A DNA stretch of 64,000 nucleotides from Ignavibacteriota bacterium (GTDB lineage Bacteria > Bacteroidota > Ignavibacteria > UBA10030). Position 1 is the first letter of the stretch; each line of letters opens with the position of its first letter. A model generated the notes under the pieces. It saw only the letters and a program-made list of their open reading frames with translations. It was not told the origin of the DNA and did no database searches. The stretch spans positions 1-64,000 of the forward strand of contig CAVSHO010000001.1 in the NCBI GenBank assembly GCA_963727825.1. The letters are read 5' to 3'. A program made the position numbers and the translations under genes. This document shows positions 1-9,327 of this stretch, piece after piece.

Positions 1-256
1 AACCATTGGACAAGCTAACGAAATGAACCCACTGCAAAATTCATGGCGAGCATAGGTTTAGTGTTAAATTGAAAGTTGGTATTATGAACTTGTTTCGTTG
101 GTTGCATTACGAAACTTTTCAGCGCCGCAGTGTAGCAAAGCGCCATGTTCCACTTAACGCCGGTCGTTGCGGATGAGGTTTTGACTATGCACAAGATTGT
201 ATTATAAAATATAATACTTATAACTTTGTTGAACCTTATATATATTTATAAAAGTA

Positions 257-285
257 TTGACAATTGAATGCGATACTTGTACTTT
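257..285 (+). promoter_or_regulatory. Putative sigma70 promoter for the 424-2717 gene pair
   Basis: TTGACA (257-262), 17 bp spacer, TACTTT (280-285). Confidence 0.45.
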
Positions 286-423
286 CAATCTATATCCATC
301 CTGAGCTTGCAACCGGGAAATTCATTCAACAAAATCCGAGACCCTTGCAGCAAGTATTTTAATCTCTTCTTCCAATTATCAAATATTCAGTAATTATTTT
401 ATAAACCTTATCGGAGGTTTAGC

Positions 424-1071
424 ATGAAAATAAAATTACTGGTTTTATTGATCCTCATTGTCTTCACTTCCTCCTTCTGTGAATTGTTAGCTCAAAATTA
501 CGCGGCATCCTTAAAAGTAAGTACCATGGGAGTCAATCTTGAAGCACTAAGATCGTTCTCTTCAAGTTTTAATGCGCGATTGGGTGTTGCGGTTTTGTCC
601 TATAATGCAAATAATGTCGCCAGCAATGACCAGCTTACAGTTGACGGAGAACTGAAACTATTATCTCTTACAGCTTTGGCGGATTGGTTTCCGTTTCGAG
701 GCAGTTTTAGATTGAGCGGAGGACTTATAATAAATCTGAATAAAATTTCCATGACTATGACCCCTGTAAAAACATATAACGACGGAAACATACAATATAC
801 ACCAGATAAATTAGGTCAGGTACTTGCGGATGTTACTTTTGATAAAGTTGCCCCGTACCTGGGAATCGGGTTCGGTAACCCGACCGCAGGCAGGAGCGGA
901 TTCGGTTTTACTTTCGATCTGGGTACTTACTATCAGGGGAGTCCTCTAGCTTCATTGAGTGCTACCAAACTGCTCCAACCGATGGAGAGTCAAAGCGGCC
1001 AATTACAGGACAATCTCAAGTGGTTTAAATTCTACCCCGTCCTTTCATTCGGTTTAACATATAAATTTTAA
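424..1071 (+). CDS. Outer-membrane beta-barrel protein, unknown function
   Basis: GGAGG RBS, signal peptide, amphipathic strands, APYLGIGFG motif, C-terminal LTYKF BAM-type signal. Confidence 0.7.
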   Translation: MKIKLLVLLILIVFTSSFCELLAQNYAASLKVSTMGVNLEALRSFSSSFNARLGVAVLSYNANNVASNDQLTVDGELKLLSLTALADWFPFRGSFRLSGGLIINLNKISMTMTPVKTYNDGNIQYTPDKLGQVLADVTFDKVAPYLGIGFGNPTAGRSGFGFTFDLGTYYQGSPLASLSATKLLQPMESQSGQLQDNLKWFKFYPVLSFGLTYKF

Positions 1072-1094
1072 CACAGGAAAGGAGAGATTGCAAC

Positions 1095-2717
1095 ATGATT
1101 ATAAATATTACGAAAGCCCTAAAAGGCTTGTTGGGGATAGTTATTATTCTATCTTTTGTATTTTTTTATTTAAGCTGCGACATAACTTCACCTGAGAAAA
1201 ACATCAACGTAGTTTTTAATACACTTTCAATAAATACAAGTGTGACTGTCAGTTTTACGAATGCCGCTACTAATCAGGCAATCGGTTTAAGCGGTCAAAG
1301 TGTACCTGTGAATTTAAACTTTACAGGTCCCAATGCCGATAAGATCGTTACTCAAAACGATAAACCATTAACATCTACCTCAACTGCTTACGGAATTGTA
1401 ACCTTTTGTGTAACGAACAGCATTACCCCAACAACCGCTAATCCTGTTATGGTAACTCTGGTTGCTAGTTCCAATGGATATCAAACAACAAGTTTGCCGA
1501 TTAAAATTTACTCAACTGGCAGTACTGCTTATGCTCTAAAAATGGTAAAAATTTCATCCCCACCGCAAGGCTCGAGTACGGCGCCTTCTACACCTGTTCA
1601 AACAAATTCAGGAGGACAAACCACTGCATCTGTCACGGTTAAAACCGATGCCGAGCTTACAACGGGAGGTTCGGCAGGTATTATAATTAATTCCGGCACC
1701 GGAATTAATGATGCGGGTGGAAATCCTCTTACCGGGACATTAACCGCCAATGTAACCTATACATCCGGCACAAACGGATTGGCAAGTGGAAGCATACAGA
1801 CAGGATGGAGTGTAAGTGCCAACCAGGGTGGATCAACAACCCAGGGATGTCTGCAGACGGCTGCCATTGCATTATTCACAATTACAAATCAAAATGGTCA
1901 GCTCGCTAAAAACTTTACTTCTCCTATTACATTGACGATGTCAATTCCCGGAAGCACGGTTAATCCCCTTACAAACGTGCAGGTCAAAAACGGCGATACT
2001 ATGCCGGTTTACAGCTTTGATGAATCATCGCAGACCTGGAAGTTTGAGACTAATTCAACGGCTGCCGGCCCCGACAGCAAGGGAAACTTCACTGTTACTT
2101 TTCAAACGACGCATCTTTCATACTATAGTTTAAGCTGGCTTATGAGCTATTGTACCACAAATATCCCCCTGAATATTGTTGGAAGCTATAGCGCTTTGGA
2201 ATTTGTATTTACAACGCCGGGGGGCGGATTCTTTTTAGAGGCAGATGTAAATTACAGTCAAAATCCTACCATAAATAACCTCACGTTTCCTAGTGGGCTT
2301 ACGATAATATGGACTGCTTATGTGGCCGGCGCACCTGTCGGTACCGGAACAATGGCAGATCCTTGCTCTGGCACTATAAATCTAAATCTTCCTCCCGGTC
2401 CCGAACTAGTAGATGTCGATGTGGATATAATCGCGGTTTGCCCAAATTTAAATCCTGTCATTGAAGTCCGACCGAGCGGATATGAGCTTCTTGAAATAAA
2501 TCAAAGTAATAACGGTCTACTAGGCGGAGTAATTGATCTGGGAACAATAATGAACGGTAAGATAACTGTGAAGGGCTTGAAATTACACGCTACGTATACT
2601 TTCGCAATAATTTCTATGGAAGGAGAAATGTATACGAACGATTATGTGATCGAGGGGAAATCATACACATTTACATACATCATCCCCGACGCCACATGCA
2701 ATGCGAATTTCAAATAG
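1095..2717 (+). CDS. Ser/Thr/Gly-rich beta-rich lipoprotein, unknown function
   Basis: 540 aa ORF with RBS; hydrophobic signal ending YLSC (lipobox-like); YSFDESSQTWKFE...TTHLSYY repeat-domain motif. Confidence 0.65.
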   Translation: MIINITKALKGLLGIVIILSFVFFYLSCDITSPEKNINVVFNTLSINTSVTVSFTNAATNQAIGLSGQSVPVNLNFTGPNADKIVTQNDKPLTSTSTAYGIVTFCVTNSITPTTANPVMVTLVASSNGYQTTSLPIKIYSTGSTAYALKMVKISSPPQGSSTAPSTPVQTNSGGQTTASVTVKTDAELTTGGSAGIIINSGTGINDAGGNPLTGTLTANVTYTSGTNGLASGSIQTGWSVSANQGGSTTQGCLQTAAIALFTITNQNGQLAKNFTSPITLTMSIPGSTVNPLTNVQVKNGDTMPVYSFDESSQTWKFETNSTAAGPDSKGNFTVTFQTTHLSYYSLSWLMSYCTTNIPLNIVGSYSALEFVFTTPGGGFFLEADVNYSQNPTINNLTFPSGLTIIWTAYVAGAPVGTGTMADPCSGTINLNLPPGPELVDVDVDIIAVCPNLNPVIEVRPSGYELLEINQSNNGLLGGVIDLGTIMNGKITVKGLKLHATYTFAIISMEGEMYTNDYVIEGKSYTFTYIIPDATCNANFK

Positions 2718-2760
2718 GTTATTCTTTCAAGTCTAAGGCTTAATTAATGTAGATATTTCG

Positions 2761-2795
2761 AAAGCCAGATGATCATCTTCATCTGGCTTTTTGTT
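2761..2795 (+). terminator. Intrinsic terminator
   Basis: AAAGCCAGATGA-6nt-TCATCTGGCTTT hairpin followed by T-rich tail, 44 bp after the stop. Confidence 0.8.
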
Positions 2796-3060
2796 TATAT
2801 AATTTTTTCAGTACACAAAGTTAACGACATAAAACACAGAATTATAAAACTCCGTTGATATAAAACCCCAGTCCATATTTAAAATCACATCAAGATTTAA
2901 AGTTGTGATTTTATTGAGCAAGGTAGAGGAGTGAGAGTCGAAAGACGCGAATAATTGAAAAGCACATCAAAGTTTTTCCCCATAAACTAAAAAATTCTCA
3001 CCGATTTTCATCAATGAGAATTCTTCTTTGGACTAAGTAGCGGGGGAAAGCACTCGAATA

Positions 3061-3934
3061 ATGAAGTTACAGCATCTAAAGGAAAAGATTCTCCAGTATG
3101 CAAATCTTAACAACAAAAAGGGGACATTCGAATCTTTTTAAAATCTCATTTACGAGATTCATTGCCTGCGTAGGTAATAAACCAACTCGAGTATTAACAG
3201 CCTTGGAAATTGAACAATTCAAGGAACATCTCATCAGAGAAGTCAGTAAGGTAACAGCAAACGACTATCTCAGGTCACTTAAAACGGCATTCAACATTGG
3301 ACTTCGCCTGAATCTGGTAAAAGCAAATCCTTTTAAGGAGTGCAAAATGTTCCGAATTCCTCTAGTCCAACCCACCTACTTGCGCAAAGATGAATTTGTT
3401 CTTTTCTTGCGAACGATCACTGACCGTAGGTTCGGTATTCTTGTTTTGTTTGCCGCCTTGAAGGGTATGCGAAGAGGAGAAATTGTGAATGCTCGGTGGG
3501 GGGATATCGACATGAATGCTCGGTTCATTTATATTCAGAACAGCGAGAATTTTACTGTCAAAGCGATGCGTTCTAGAACAATACCGATGAATCGAGACGT
3601 GTACAATCTGCTGCAAAACATTCCCAAAGAATCCGAATATATATTCATTGATGCAGAGGAAGTGCCCTACAAAGCTGAAACTGTAACAAAAAAATTCAAA
3701 CGAATGGCAAGAGAATTTGGTCTACCTGAAAAGATACACCTTCATTCATTACGCCATTCGTATGCCTCTTGGCTCATACAGTCTGAAATATCGCTGGTAG
3801 AAATTCAAAAACTCTTGGGGCATTCATCTGTAACGACAACACAGATTTACGCACATCTTGACCATGAACATCTCTGAAATGCTGTCGAGAAAATTCAATT
3901 GTCTGAATACAATCAGAATGCAACTACTAACTAG
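3061..3934 (+). pseudogene. Tyrosine recombinase/integrase, apparently disrupted
   Basis: Catalytic motifs GMRRGE, HSLRH, LLGH, TQIY in ORF 3098-3877. A plausible N-terminus from ATG 3061 joins via a +1 shift in the T/A run near 3138. TGA at 3875 interrupts a natural-looking tail (HL*NAVEKI...) ending at TAG 3934. Confidence 0.75.
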
Positions 3935-4087
3935 CCCCGCTACTTGTTTACGAGTCAGTAGTTTTGTAAATTATGATCACAATTGATCATTCAAAACGCT
4001 GACAATTAGGAATTGAAAAACACGTTTCTCATGTATTGCAACCCGGCGTGCTGAATGAGCATGAGGAACTTACCATTGGCAGAAAGA

Positions 4088-4122
4088 AAATTGCTAATAA
4101 ATTGCTAATGAGAATTGGCAAT
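4088..4122. repeat. Tandem 11-bp direct repeat, possible integrase arm-type sites
   Basis: AAATTGCTAAT x2 (4088-4109) plus degenerate GAATTGGCAAT (4112-4122) between the integrase and the tRNA. Confidence 0.5.
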
Positions 4123-4161
4123 TAAAGTGGTTGCCGGACCTAAAAACTGGCGATTTTAATT

Positions 4162-4236
4162 CGGGACGTGGCGCAGCCCGGCTAGCGCACTTGCTTGGGG
4201 TGCAAGGGGTCGCGGGTTCAAATCCCGCCGTCCCGA
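4162..4236 (+). tRNA. tRNA-Pro(GGG)
   Basis: Acceptor CGGGACG/CGTCCCG, anticodon arm CTTGC-TTGGGGT-GCAAG, T-loop GGTTCAAATCC; CCA not encoded. Confidence 0.96.
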
Positions 4237-4248
4237 CAAAATCAGGAT

Positions 4249-4523
4249 ATGAAATTCATCATCTATATTCTTGAAGGTCTGAAAGATGGATAGTATTATA
4301 CGGACAGACTTCCAATCTTGACAGAAGATTGGAAGAACATAATCAAGGACGTGTTAGATGGACGAAATCTCATTGTCCTTTGAAAGTAATCCACATTGAA
4401 AAATGTGCTTCACGCACTGAAGCAATAATGGATGAACATTTTTTCAAATCTCCTCAAGGATGGATAGAGTATAGAAATATCGAGAATGAAGGTCGCGGGT
4501 TTCCCGAAGGGATCACTTCGTGA
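4249..4523 (+). pseudogene. GIY-YIG nuclease family remnant
   Basis: MKFIIYILEGLKDG*YYT/GQTSNLDRRLEEHNQG...TK...RTEA...E.FFKS; in-frame TAG and a 1-nt deletion. Confidence 0.8.
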
Positions 4524-4546
4524 CAAATCCCGCCGTCCCGACAAAA
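4491..4546 (+). repeat. Duplicated tRNA-Pro 3' end with a 22-nt double-hairpin insert
   Basis: GGTCGCGGGTT + TCCCGAAGGGATCACTTCGTGA + CAAATCCCGCCGTCCCGACAAAA; the flanks are identical to 4208-4241. Confidence 0.9.
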
Positions 4547-4616
4547 ATAAGGTAGCACAGTATGAAAAGATATTATTCATCTGTGCTCTCTTTGTCTATA
4601 CAGATATGGTAAACCA

Positions 4617-5018
4617 ATGGAATTAAAGACCCGCAAAAAGATAATCCTTGTTGGTGATAAAGTACTCGTTTCACCGGATAAGGAAAATGAACGAACCGCT
4701 CACGGATTATATCTGCCTCCGGGAGTGAAGGAAAAAGACAAGGTTCAGAGCGGTTATGTGGTACGCGTTGGTCCTGGATATGCAGTTCCTAATCCACAGT
4801 TCATCGATCAGGAATCATGGTCAACAACCCCAAAAGATCCTGTTAAGTACATACCCCTGCAAGCCGAAGAAGGCGACTACGCGATATTTCTTCGCGATGC
4901 TGCTATTGAAGTGGAGTACGAGGCAGAAAAATATCTCATTGTTTCGCACTCTTCTATTTTAATACTTCTGCGTTCAGGCGGTATTGACGAACTGATCCGT
5001 TCATCAGAACAGTCATAG
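4617..5018 (+). CDS. GroES-family co-chaperone-like protein (no adjacent groEL)
   Basis: GDKVLV...ERTAHGLYLP...SGYVVRVGPG...EYEAEKYLIV. Confidence 0.85.
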   Translation: MELKTRKKIILVGDKVLVSPDKENERTAHGLYLPPGVKEKDKVQSGYVVRVGPGYAVPNPQFIDQESWSTTPKDPVKYIPLQAEEGDYAIFLRDAAIEVEYEAEKYLIVSHSSILILLRSGGIDELIRSSEQS

Positions 5019-5071
5019 TATGTTCTATTCTTTCCGATCGAACTCACTTTTTTCTTGTTAATCAAATTCTT

Positions 5072-5710
5072 ATGGAAGCGTCACCCTTCTACAAAATCGC
5101 ACCGCTGAACTGTAATGAAGCTGGTCCTCATCCAACACTTATTCTTCTGCACGGCCGCGGTACAGATGAGAACGATCTTCTCAGTTTGGCATCGTCATTC
5201 GATCCTCGACTGCTTATTGTTAGTATTCGAGCGCCTTTCAAATTTCCTTATGGCGGATATACTTGGTTTGATCTTGATGAACAAAACAGAGTAAACACAG
5301 ATCAGCTTATCGAAGGGTGTGATGCACTAATTCACTGCTTGGATGATATTCAACAGAAATATTTAGTCGATTTAAGGCGCATCTTTTTATTTGGCTTTAG
5401 CATGGGTGCGATAATGTCGTTGACCGTATCGCTCTGTAATCCTAAGCGTTTCAAGGGTGTCGTTGCGCACAGCGGTCTGTTGCCGCAAATTGATAAGTTA
5501 AATTATCGATGGAATGATCTGAATGAAATATCATTTTTCATTGCGCACGGAACGTACGACCCAATTGTTCCAGTTGAAATGAGCAGGCAAGCGCATCAGC
5601 GGTTAATGGATGTTAAGGCGAATGTTTTATATCGTGAGTATCCTATTCAGCACACGATTAGCGAAGAGAGTTTGGCTGATGCAGCCACTTGGCTGCAAAC
5701 GAAAATCTAA
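5072..5710 (+). CDS. Phospholipase/carboxylesterase (alpha/beta hydrolase)
   Basis: LLHGRG, GFSMG nucleophile elbow, HGTYDPIVP, C-terminal His. Confidence 0.9.
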   Translation: MEASPFYKIAPLNCNEAGPHPTLILLHGRGTDENDLLSLASSFDPRLLIVSIRAPFKFPYGGYTWFDLDEQNRVNTDQLIEGCDALIHCLDDIQQKYLVDLRRIFLFGFSMGAIMSLTVSLCNPKRFKGVVAHSGLLPQIDKLNYRWNDLNEISFFIAHGTYDPIVPVEMSRQAHQRLMDVKANVLYREYPIQHTISEESLADAATWLQTKI

Positions 5711-5793
5711 ATCATTTGGTTAACATAGGTTGATCGAGGCAAAGAATTCCTGTATATTTCTAAAAATTTTTCTTTTCCCCCAAGGATCATACC

Positions 5794-6981
5794 TTGATGA
5801 CTTTCTCTTTCGGAAGATATTTCACTGTTGTTCTTTTTTTGCTATTCATAGGAGGAGCAAAAGTTACTCCATATCAACAGCAAATGGGCAGCATTAATAA
5901 CGACAGTCAGACAAAAAAAATCAGACACGTTCTTCAATCAGTTCAACAGCGCTATGCGCCAGATTTGCAGCTCGCAGTTTTTAACGTTTCGTATACACAG
6001 ACTGAAGCAGGAATTGTCGTACGCGGAGAAGTTGATGATCTTAACGCAAAAAGTGCGGTGATAAGTAAAATGCGCAAAATTGTAAAAGGGAAAGTGATAG
6101 ACAGTATCCGCGTGCTGCCTGACTTTTCACTCGGAAACGCGACAAAGGGAATTATAATTTGTGAGGTGGCTAATGTTCGACGAAAACCAGGAGAGAAGGA
6201 AGAGCTTCTTACGCAAGCATTGATGGGGACTGTCGTAAAATTGCTGAAGAAAGAATGCGGATACTTTTTTATCCAAACTCCAGATCATTATCTTGGCTGG
6301 CTTGATACAGCTTCATTATTTGTTTCAGATCAAGCAGGAGTAAACACCTGGAATACCGCCTCTAAAGTGATTGTCACAAAGTTTATTGGCGCAGTTTATG
6401 TGCGGTCAGATACATCCTCTGCAATTGTATGTGAAATAGTTGATGGATGTATTTTAAAAAGCACAGGCAAGAAAAGCGGCTGGATAGCGGTAGAACTTGC
6501 GGACGGAAGAAACGGATTTGTGCCAGATACACTTGTTCAAGATATTAGCGAATGGAATAAAAGCCGTATATTGACAGGTGATAATCTCGAGAAAACCGCG
6601 AGATCATTTTTAGGTATTCGTTATTTATGGGGCGGCATGTCCGTGAAGGGGATGGATTGTTCAGGATTTGTGAAAACCGTATACCATTTGAACGGCGTAG
6701 AATTAAACCGCGACGCCAGACAACAAGCGCAACAGGGAGAGCCTATTGACCCCGGAGAAAATTTTCAAAATTTGAAAAAGGGAGATTTATTATTCTTCGG
6801 TCGAAAAGCTACAGCGAAACGACGGGAACATATTACGCATGTTGCTTTATACTTGGAAAACGGATTGTACATTCACAGTTCAAAACGAGTACGGTTCAGT
6901 AGTTTTAATCCGTCATCAGACTATTATGAAAAGCCACTCCTGAAGCGATTCGTGTGCGCTCGGAGAATTTTTCAGAACTGA
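5794..6981 (+). CDS. SH3b + NlpC/P60 (C40) peptidoglycan peptidase, YkfC-like
   Basis: YLWGG, MDCSGF, GDLLFFG, HVALY, IHSS; SH3b-like TQALMG...GW. Confidence 0.9.
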   Translation: MMTFSFGRYFTVVLFLLFIGGAKVTPYQQQMGSINNDSQTKKIRHVLQSVQQRYAPDLQLAVFNVSYTQTEAGIVVRGEVDDLNAKSAVISKMRKIVKGKVIDSIRVLPDFSLGNATKGIIICEVANVRRKPGEKEELLTQALMGTVVKLLKKECGYFFIQTPDHYLGWLDTASLFVSDQAGVNTWNTASKVIVTKFIGAVYVRSDTSSAIVCEIVDGCILKSTGKKSGWIAVELADGRNGFVPDTLVQDISEWNKSRILTGDNLEKTARSFLGIRYLWGGMSVKGMDCSGFVKTVYHLNGVELNRDARQQAQQGEPIDPGENFQNLKKGDLLFFGRKATAKRREHITHVALYLENGLYIHSSKRVRFSSFNPSSDYYEKPLLKRFVCARRIFQN

Positions 6982-7018
6982 CCGGCATTGTTCTATATAA
7001 TTCTTAAAAGGAGATTCT

Positions 7019-7459
7019 ATGGTACAAACAGAAAAAACGCGATTACTTGCAAAACAGGTAACTTATTTGATCTCAGCACATACGGTGATCTTAGTTCTAT
7101 ATAATTATACGCACGGAAAGATAGACCAGCTTTTTGCGTTGACGGATTACACACCGATTCTTTTGATCTTCTGTCTTGCACCTCTTGCAGGAGCTCTCTT
7201 TTTATTCACGCAATCGGCACGACAGGGGGCAATTGTTTTGCTTGGCATATTACCAGCTGAGTTGATCTACAACATTTATACACGATTCACCGCTTCGGCA
7301 CCAAATAACATTTTAGAGCCAGCGTTAATCTGGAAGATTCTTTATGAAGGATCATTTGGGATTGTAATGGTTTTAGAAGTGATTGCCTTTTCGTTGACAT
7401 TCATATTGCTGCGGGAAATTCACAGGCAATTGAATTCATCATCAGAGACTCCATTGTAG
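7019..7459 (+). CDS. Hypothetical membrane protein (about 4 TM)
   Basis: GGAG RBS, hydrophobic segments. Confidence 0.6.
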   Translation: MVQTEKTRLLAKQVTYLISAHTVILVLYNYTHGKIDQLFALTDYTPILLIFCLAPLAGALFLFTQSARQGAIVLLGILPAELIYNIYTRFTASAPNNILEPALIWKILYEGSFGIVMVLEVIAFSLTFILLREIHRQLNSSSETPL

Positions 7460-7481
7460 AGACTGCTTCCCATTCACGTAA

Positions 7482-7802
7482 ATGAAAAAATGTATTGGAA
7501 ATAGGTTCGAAATACCAAGTGCCTCGAATAATAATATATGTAAAGAAAAAGCAATTCAGGAACTACGCACTATTCCCGGTGTTGGTAAAAGCATTTCGGT
7601 TGATCTTTGGAACCTCGGCATTCGCTCCGTTCGTGCATTGAAGAATAAAAATCCAGAAATGCTTTACCGGAAACATTGCATTATAGTCGGGCGACCGATC
7701 GATCGATGTCTGTTGTATGTTTTTCGATGCGCGGTGTATTATGCTTCGCACAAGCGGCACGATCCTGAATTGCTTCTCTGGTGGAATTGGAAAGATCAGT
7801 AA
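7482..7802 (+). CDS. Helix-hairpin-helix protein, Cdd1/'pathogenicity locus' family
   Basis: LRTIPGVGKS...DLWNLGI...DRCLLYVFRCAVYYA...WWNWKD. Confidence 0.85.
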   Translation: MKKCIGNRFEIPSASNNNICKEKAIQELRTIPGVGKSISVDLWNLGIRSVRALKNKNPEMLYRKHCIIVGRPIDRCLLYVFRCAVYYASHKRHDPELLLWWNWKDQ

Positions 7803-8058
7803 GTATTGACTTTCCCGTAACCCCCTGAGCAGGTTTTGCCTTGTCAACGATTGTTCTTCATTGGCTTGATTCACGCGTATTATTTCGCGATAACGATTGA
7901 GGTTATTATAGAAGACTTGCGTTTCTTATTGTTAAGGTCTTCACTTATTGATTCTTATAAAAAAAAGGTCTAATGTTCATCGGTTTGTTCGGAATAGTTG
8001 TGCGCCAGCTCCTCAAAGGGGAGACATAGCAAAGCAGAGTCTTATGAGAGGAATAATC

Positions 8059-9222
8059 ATGAGAATAACGATATTTATTATTTTATTCTTTGGCTTAGCG
8101 CAGCCGTTTTTTGCACAACAGCAAGAGAAAGAAAAGTTTGTAAAAATCATGAATCGGCTGGTCGAGGAAATGAACAATCAGGATTATGATGGAATCGTTC
8201 GAGAGTACAACAAAAGTATGTCGGTTGCTTTCCCTCTTTTTAAAACGACTTATTTTTTCAAAAATAATTTTAATACTTATGGAAAAGTTATTAGAATCGA
8301 TTCACTACAAGTAAGAGCAATTGATCAAGCCATTTGTGTAATGTATTCCGAGCGCGGCATACAGGATTTAACGCTTTACATTGATGATCAAGAAAAAATA
8401 AAGGGTTTTCTCTTTACAACTCACACCGCCTCAGAACCTCAACTGAATCCGCAAAATACAACAGAACCAAACAAGGTGGCAGCCCAGGCTTCAATTACAC
8501 TATCCACCAAGCCCGCAACATCAAAATCTAATTCAGATTCTTTAACTTATTCAGAAACATTAAAAAATACTGCACAGAGTTCTGCACTATCATCTAATCC
8601 GGAGAAGCAACCCGCGGCCCCGGTCGTTTCTAACAAACAACAGACAGAATTGTATCTACCATTTACAGGCACCTGGACTGTTATAGGGAGCGGTGGATCT
8701 CGTGAAGGTGCACAGCGCAACTTGTTGCAACAGCAATATGCGTTCGATTTTTCCGGAACAGATGCATCTGGGCTTCGCTTTAAAAATGATGGAAAAGCAC
8801 GCGAAGATTATATTGGGTACGGGAAGGAAATTTTAGCCCCAGCCGATGGAACAATTGTGGAAGTTATTGATGGCATTTTTGAGAATTCTCCCGGTACGCA
8901 TAATCCGTATGCACAAATTGGAAACACAATTATCATCCAGCATTCCAACAAAGAATATTCAGTTCTTGCCTTCTTGAAACAAGGCAGCATTCGTGTAAAA
9001 GTGGGGGACAGAATAACACGTGGGCAAGTGCTTGCACAGTGCGGCAGTTCCGGAAATGCAACTGAGCCATTACTGCACTATCATCTTCAGGACTCGCCTT
9101 ACCTGCAGACTGCCAAAGGAATGAAATTCTATTTTGAGCGCGCAATGGTGAGTAAAGAAGGAAAAAAGGAACTTAAGCTGATACATTTACCTGAGATTGG
9201 CGAAGTTATTAGTTCTGAGTAA
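8059..9222 (+). CDS. DUF3887-like domain + M23 family peptidase
   Basis: Likely start ATG 8059 with signal peptide; YAFD, ILAPADG, GN.III.H, V..GD.I.RGQ..A.CGSSG, LHYHL. Confidence 0.8.
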   Translation: MRITIFIILFFGLAQPFFAQQQEKEKFVKIMNRLVEEMNNQDYDGIVREYNKSMSVAFPLFKTTYFFKNNFNTYGKVIRIDSLQVRAIDQAICVMYSERGIQDLTLYIDDQEKIKGFLFTTHTASEPQLNPQNTTEPNKVAAQASITLSTKPATSKSNSDSLTYSETLKNTAQSSALSSNPEKQPAAPVVSNKQQTELYLPFTGTWTVIGSGGSREGAQRNLLQQQYAFDFSGTDASGLRFKNDGKAREDYIGYGKEILAPADGTIVEVIDGIFENSPGTHNPYAQIGNTIIIQHSNKEYSVLAFLKQGSIRVKVGDRITRGQVLAQCGSSGNATEPLLHYHLQDSPYLQTAKGMKFYFERAMVSKEGKKELKLIHLPEIGEVISSE

Positions 9223-9327
9223 ATTTGCGTAAGGTTATTACAGAATTCGCATCTACATTTATTCTTCAATCTGGCATCGCATTTTCTTGGTATACTATCA
9301 TCTCAGCATTACTTTGAAATCCTTAAA

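Noticed and set aside
2921-2950. Possible tRNA/tmRNA 3'-like fragment on the minus strand (TTCGACTCTCACTCCTCTACC)
   Set aside because: Too short and degenerate to distinguish from chance
4617-5018. Orphan GroES as a novel system
   Set aside because: Stand-alone GroES-like paralogs are common in FCB bacteria
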